Source: Roseibacillus sp. (lineage in GTDB: Bacteria > Verrucomicrobiota > Verrucomicrobiia > Verrucomicrobiales > Akkermansiaceae). Taken from it: a stretch of 64,000 nt of DNA. The notes under the pieces are model-generated. The model was not told where the DNA came from and did not search any database. It saw only the letters and a list, made by a program, of their open reading frames with translations. Shown in pieces: positions 59,901-64,000 of this stretch. The translations under genes and the position numbers were made by a program. The stretch lies in assembly GCA_051251855.1 (NCBI GenBank), contig JBPOGI010000003.1, positions 352,001 to 416,000 on the forward strand. Direction: 5' to 3'. Each line of letters opens with the position of its first letter. The first letter of the stretch is position 1.

Positions 59901-60908
59901 TCTATCACGCTTAGTGAGTCTACTGAGGTTCAGGCTCGGGTCTTGAGCGGATCTACTTGGAGTGCTTTGACTTGTGCTACCTTTGAGGTGAGCGAGCTCT
60001 CGCCACTCCGAGTGACTGAGATAATGTATCATCCCGCAGAAGGGGAGTCGGGTGACGAGCTGAACTATGGAGACGAAGAGTTTGAGTTCATCGAGTTGTT
60101 GAACACTGGATCTGAGACGATTGGACTGGCCGGTACGGCCTTCACTGGTGGCATTTACTTCCAATTTTCTGAAGGCGATGTCTTGACCCTTGCGCCTGGT
60201 GAATACGTTCTTCTGGTGGATAATATTGATGCCTTCACAGCTCGTTACCCAACAGCTGGAACCATGAATATCGCGGGCGAATACCATGGCCAATTTTATC
60301 TTCCCGATGCTGAACTCAATAACGGAGGAGAAACGATTTCTTTGGTCGATAGCCTTGGTCGCACGATTCAGGAGTTCACTTACGACGACGCGTGGTATCC
60401 AACGACCGATGGCGATGGCTACTCTTTGACCATCATCGATCCTGCTGACGATACAAGCACGTGGAGCACAAGCGCCGCTTGGGGTGCGAGTACCGTCGTT
60501 GGCGGGACGCCTGGTGAGGTTGATGTCAATCCAGACTCAGACGCAGATGGGATGTTGGATAGCTGGGAGATCGCTAACGGACTTACGGTTGGCGTGGATG
60601 ATTCAGCAGGGGATGCTGATGGCGATGGCTCCTCGAACCTCTCGGAGTATCTTGCAGGGACTGATCCGCAGGATAGCGGCTCACTACTCCTCATCACTTC
60701 GTTAGGAGACTCCAGCGGTGGTTTGATGGCGGTCGGCTGGTCTGCGATTGCAGGGAAGACTTATCAATTCTCAACCAGCGTGGACTTGGAAACGTGGACG
60801 GATATCACTCCGACCATCCCGTGTGCGGCTGACGGAACACTCACAACGGACATCACCACTACGGGGATGGAGGAGCTTTTCCTCCGCGTATCAGTAGTCT
60901 CCGAGTAG
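56955..60908 (+). CDS. Secreted lamin-tail / Fn3-associated / CotH kinase multidomain protein
   Basis: LITEFMAKN..DWIELYN and LRVTEIMYHP..EFIELLN (lamin tail); IYYTTDG twice; IRGASS, YINGMYWGLYQTEER (CotH); DSDADG repeats and C-terminal LFLRV. Confidence 0.88.
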   Translation: MLQKPLLTKIASKVCLSFIGSLMIGSAGAQVLITEFMAKNDNTLLDGDGNSSDWIELYNSGTSAVDLTGWYLSDDAANLTEWAFPTQSIAAGEHLVVFASGQDVVGYADSLGYLHTTFKLNGDTESVILTQADGTTIEDSFIDYPVQSDDISYGLSQDSGFSSLVVEEQDATAIAGTAEPASTWNTLSFDDSSWQSGQTGVGYEDLPPGGTSVYGSLINLDLESTMVSGGRPPSAENTAYVRVDFTVADASVLSQLVLRMKYDDGFVAYINGTEVASANAPASPTYDSTALAEHTGSAYEDFTILNVGSFLQTGNNVLAVHSLDYPVTPGPGGGTFDLFALPVLTGITAGAIDTNSAVYLSTPTPGADNVIGVQGFVDDTSFSIDRGFYTSAINVEVTCLTVGSEIYYTTDGTIPTTSNGTLYTGAIPISQTTILRAAAFLTGYQESNVDTQTYIFLSDIIAQSATVTGLDPYFPPNSVNGQVFDYGMDADITNSATYSGEMDGALKAIPTISMVTDPDNLFSASSGIYVNASESGEAWERETSLELINPDGSPGFQINGGVRIRGASSTRATNPKHNFRFFFRSEYGTTRLEYPLFGDEGADSYKRIDLRTGQNFSWSNQNPQYATWLYDIYTRDTHRDMNQPYTRGEYYHLYINGMYWGLYQTEERCNADFAESYYGDDDDDFDAVKSDADTGDNYAVDGTRDAYEDLWAGMTAGVTSNADYFELQGMNSDGTVNSSYTKLLDVDNVIDYMLLTYFTGNRDSPIGPPNSGSMPRNLNMVYNRLNPDGFKFVAHDNEHSLEVSEGVNFNRLSHNLASSFDGIDRLTPWWIHVELMDNTEYKLRFADRVHKHFFNDGALTTAQNQNRVEARKAEIFSAVVAESARWGDSESTSPRTRNDDWLTWADWLTDTYMSGRTSTVYSQIVAKGWYPTVAAPVFSQHGGGIASGTTVSMTGSGTIYYTTDGTDPRAVGGSVAGTAYSSSITLSESTEVQARVLSGSTWSALTCATFEVSELSPLRVTEIMYHPAEGESGDELNYGDEEFEFIELLNTGSETIGLAGTAFTGGIYFQFSEGDVLTLAPGEYVLLVDNIDAFTARYPTAGTMNIAGEYHGQFYLPDAELNNGGETISLVDSLGRTIQEFTYDDAWYPTTDGDGYSLTIIDPADDTSTWSTSAAWGASTVVGGTPGEVDVNPDSDADGMLDSWEIANGLTVGVDDSAGDADGDGSSNLSEYLAGTDPQDSGSLLLITSLGDSSGGLMAVGWSAIAGKTYQFSTSVDLETWTDITPTIPCAADGTLTTDITTTGMEELFLRVSVVSE

Positions 60909-61000
60909 ATTTCTGCAAGAGGATCCTCCTGTTGCGCAAGCTTTGGGGGGGAGAGTCTTGTGGGGCTGACAACCTCTCTTGAGCCTGCTATGAGGGATAA

Positions 61001-61543
61001 ATGCATTTCCTAGCTCTCTGTTTCATCTCTCTGGCAGCATTCTCTCAGGCGCTGGGAGAGGCGAAATCCTTTTACTCGAGTACTGCTAGTAAGTTTGTCG
61101 CTCTGGTGGAGAGCTCGGAGTTCGATACCGAGTCAGATATTGATCACTTCAAGGAGGTTTGTCCGGGATACGGGGGCTATGAACTCCTCTACGAAGGAGG
61201 TGATGCACGCAGCTGGATGAACGTGCGGTATGGCGAGAAGGAAAGCGATCTCTGGGGCGACACCATGGGGGCCGCGCGAGGCTTTTTTCCTTATAAGTCC
61301 AATGACGTGGTTGAGTGGAGGGGGATTGTGGAGAATGGCAGGTTCAAACCTTATGCGATTATTTATCGAATTTCGGCTGACAACCCCGATTCAGAAAAGC
61401 CGGGTAAGAGCTTTTCTACGCTCTTGGTGATCGCGCTCAAGAAGGGGGAGAGTTCTCTCCTAGGCACCGCTTCAGGTGAGGACGAGAATGCCAAAGCCCA
61501 GAAGATCGCAGACGACTGGTGGAAGAGGCAGAAGCAGCGGTGA
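61001..61543 (+). CDS. Secreted hypothetical protein
   Basis: 180-aa ORF with signal peptide; fills the gap between flanking genes. Confidence 0.7.
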   Translation: MHFLALCFISLAAFSQALGEAKSFYSSTASKFVALVESSEFDTESDIDHFKEVCPGYGGYELLYEGGDARSWMNVRYGEKESDLWGDTMGAARGFFPYKSNDVVEWRGIVENGRFKPYAIIYRISADNPDSEKPGKSFSTLLVIALKKGESSLLGTASGEDENAKAQKIADDWWKRQKQR

Positions 61544-61549
61544 GAGAGA

Positions 61550-63052
61550 TTAGTCGGAGAGAACAAGAGTTTGAAGACCTTGTGCTGGAATCGCGATGGA
61601 GTGACTCTCTTGGCCAAGTTGGAGGGTGTAGGTTTTGTTTTCAGTGAGGAGGTTGAAGACCGCGATTGCGATGTTGCCATCTGGGTTCTTGAAGGCGGTT
61701 GCCATGAACTCGTCATCTGCTCCGGTTAGTCCGATGCGAATGGATCCGGGGCGCATGAACTTACTGATGTGTGCCACCGAGTAGTAAAGGGGCGTGTAGT
61801 AGACCGAATCGCGTCCGCTATTGACGAGGATAGGTGCTAGGCAGTAGTTGCGGGCGTGGTTGGGTCCGCCACGGGTATTGAGAATCATGTTCCAGTCAAT
61901 CCATCCCACAAGATTGTGATTGAGGCCTCCAATCAGATCGCGGGTGTAGCGGTAGAAAGGGCTGTACTTTGGATGGTCTTTCTTGTCTTTTTCAGGGGCC
62001 CAGATCCAACCCCAGTCGGTCGCTTCTTTGCGCCAATACCAGTCATCCTCGAGCCAAACTCCGATTTTTTCGTCGTCGCCCATGGCGTCGATGCATCCTT
62101 CGGAGTGGATCAGGCCTTTGCCGGGATACTTACCATGCACATAGTCGAGGGACTCGGAGGAGACGGTGTTGGTGCTCTCATACCAATGAACGGCTAGGCC
62201 GTCGACATACTTGGCTGCTTCAGGTTTTCCGAGAATGGCATCAGCCCACTCGATGAGATGAGGGCCTCGGTTTTGGTCGAATGCCCAAATGGTGGTGTTA
62301 GGTGTTTTGGTTTGTAGAGTGGGTCCGAGATGTTCCGAGATCCAGTCAGCCATTTCGTCAGCGGTGAAGTGGAGGCTTTCCCAGTTGCTGTCGTTGCCAA
62401 GGGGTTCGTTGGTGGGGGTGATTCCCCAAACGTCGATTCCTTCTTCTTTGTAGGCTTGGAGATACTTCACGATGTAATCCGCGAAGGTTTGGTGGTGTTC
62501 TGCAAGGAGGGATCCGCCATTCCAGGTATTGTTGTCCTTCATCCAAGGGGGAGAGGTCCAAGGAGAAGCAATGATTTTGAAATCGGCTCCGGAGACTTGT
62601 TGGGAGTCTTTGATGAAGGGGAGGAGATACTTGCGATCGGGTTCGATCGAGAAGTGTTCGAGTGCAGTATCGCCGGGGACCGGGGCGTAGGTGTAGTTGG
62701 TGACTGAGAAGTCGCAACTGGCGATGTGGGTGCGGGTCAGGGAGTAGTGAGCTCCGCTGGGCGAGAAATATTTCTCGATGACTTCCTGCCGTTTTTCTTT
62801 GGAAAGCTCGCTGAGGACCTGAGCGGAAGACTCGGTGAACGAGCCTCCGATTCCCACGAGAGTCTGATGAGTGATTTCAGGATCGAGAGTAAGGGTGTAG
62901 TCGGCTTTCGTCGCTTCGTCTAAGGCGGCGACTTCCTTAAGGCGGTCTCCTTCGCGAGTGGTTTGGTAAATGGTGAGGTCGGCATTCGCGGTGCCGCCCA
63001 TGCTAGAGGCGAGTCCGCAAATGAGTAGCAGGTTGAGAGGTGATGGGTTCAT
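61550..63052 (-). CDS. Glycoside hydrolase family 30 (glucosylceramidase-like)
   Basis: GIGGSFTES, ASCDFS, ASPWTSPPWMK, TPTNEP (acid/base), AVHWY, HSEGC (nucleophile), WIDWNM, GGPNH. Confidence 0.92.
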   Translation of the reverse strand: MNPSPLNLLLICGLASSMGGTANADLTIYQTTREGDRLKEVAALDEATKADYTLTLDPEITHQTLVGIGGSFTESSAQVLSELSKEKRQEVIEKYFSPSGAHYSLTRTHIASCDFSVTNYTYAPVPGDTALEHFSIEPDRKYLLPFIKDSQQVSGADFKIIASPWTSPPWMKDNNTWNGGSLLAEHHQTFADYIVKYLQAYKEEGIDVWGITPTNEPLGNDSNWESLHFTADEMADWISEHLGPTLQTKTPNTTIWAFDQNRGPHLIEWADAILGKPEAAKYVDGLAVHWYESTNTVSSESLDYVHGKYPGKGLIHSEGCIDAMGDDEKIGVWLEDDWYWRKEATDWGWIWAPEKDKKDHPKYSPFYRYTRDLIGGLNHNLVGWIDWNMILNTRGGPNHARNYCLAPILVNSGRDSVYYTPLYYSVAHISKFMRPGSIRIGLTGADDEFMATAFKNPDGNIAIAVFNLLTENKTYTLQLGQESHSIAIPAQGLQTLVLSD

Positions 63053-63228
63053 GGAGAGCAACTTAAAGTTAACGTTGCACTAAATTACATTCCGAAAACC
63101 GTTGGTAAACTGATTTCTTTCCCCTCTTTGGAGGGACGCTACCCGAGTCGCTGCCCGTTTCTTTGAGATGAGGGGACATCTTGGGAGAATCTCTTACTTT
63201 GTCTGTCGTGTCTTTGGAGGAACCTTAG

Positions 63229-63909
63229 CTAGTCCTTCTGGGTAAGACCTTTCACGAGATTCTTAAGCTCGTTGTAGGCACTGATGGCACGGCGGGGATG
63301 ATTCTCGCGGGCGGTGATGAGGAGGGCACGGCAGCCGTTCTCGGAGATGGCTTTGGCGTGGAGGGTGTTAGGATCGTGGCGGAGATAGTCGCCGGGTCCA
63401 AGGCGACGCCCGAGGGTGTCGAGGTCGCCGCTGATGAGGAGAATTTCTTCCATGCCTTCGTGGGCGTGAGGAAGGAAGACCGCACCAGGGTCGGCTTCTA
63501 ACATCATGGTGGTGTGGGGAGATTCGGGAAGGTCAGAGAGGGTTTTGATGCGAATCTTACCACCGGGAAGCGACTTCCACTCTCCTTCTTGGTCTCCGAT
63601 AAAGTGATAGCCCCCTTGGGGTTCTTCTTGTTCCTGAGCTTCGCTGCCGGGTTCTGTTTCGCCGATAGCAGCAAAGATTTTTCCTTTTAAATCCGGAGAG
63701 GGTTGGGCAGGGGGGTAGATATTGGCTGTCATGGTGGCAACGGTTTCTTCGAATCCTTGCGAGGCGAGTAAGGTCTGACCAAGGCGGCATTGGGAGCAAT
63801 GAGCAAGCGCTTCAGCATCTGCTCCGTCGAGTGCATGAAGGCTCTTGAGGGCTGCGAGTTCTGTTGAGTCGCCGGCAGGGGAATCGTGGTTGGTGTCGTT
63901 GGTGCTCAT
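63229..63909 (-). CDS. ChrR-like cupin-domain anti-sigma factor
   Basis: N-terminal HCSQC and PSPDLKGKIF anti-sigma-like region; cupin PHAHEGMEE...GDYLRHDPNTLH; downstream of a sigma factor. Confidence 0.8.
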   Translation of the reverse strand: MSTNDTNHDSPAGDSTELAALKSLHALDGADAEALAHCSQCRLGQTLLASQGFEETVATMTANIYPPAQPSPDLKGKIFAAIGETEPGSEAQEQEEPQGGYHFIGDQEGEWKSLPGGKIRIKTLSDLPESPHTTMMLEADPGAVFLPHAHEGMEEILLISGDLDTLGRRLGPGDYLRHDPNTLHAKAISENGCRALLITARENHPRRAISAYNELKNLVKGLTQKD

Positions 63910-63914
63910 AATGG

Positions 63915-64000
63915 TTAAGCTTCGCTGCGGTATTCAGAGATGTCGGAAAGGGTGGTTCTGACACGTTCCATCGCTCGACGGATTCGTGATTTGACGGTGC
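63915..64000 (-). CDS. ECF-type RNA polymerase sigma factor, C-terminal fragment (truncated by window)
   Basis: Manual translation gives (G)TVKSRIRRAMERVRTTLSDISEYRSEA*, typical of ECF region 4.2; immediately upstream of the cupin anti-sigma gene. Confidence 0.75.
   Translation of the reverse strand, partial: TVKSRIRRAMERVRTTLSDISEYRSEA

Overview
Bacterial chromosomal window, most likely Verrucomicrobiota (inferred from PEP-CTERM proteins, a PSCyt/DUF1501 pair, a CotH/lamin-tail protein, a double-length UvrA and shared C-terminal 'F.R' tails). It holds about 44 CDS. Core genes include katG, uvrA, queA, moaC/mobA-moaD/moaE, moxR-DUF58-batA, ychF, tkt and yidD-yidC. There are also carbohydrate-active and secreted proteins, an orphan Dam-like methyltransferase, a split Tm-1-like gene pair, one tRNA-Leu(CAA) and a CHRD/PEP-CTERM gene interrupted by an amber codon. 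No rRNA, CRISPR array, transposase, integrase or prophage was seen. The most striking unexplained structure is a four-helix-bundle (23S-IVS/Avd-like) gene bracketed by 43-bp inverted repeats built from 7/8-nt A/C-rich units, sitting inside the moxR-DUF58-batA operon (41709-42225). The same inverted-repeat pair recurs 12 kb away around a 113-bp gene-less insert (53958-54156). Similar 7/8-nt periodic tracts occur in-frame four times inside uvrA and fill a spacer in the moa operon. Together these suggest a transposase-free, repeat-based mobile or RNA-level element family; that interpretation is inference. Family assignments are from motif recognition only; no database searches were run.
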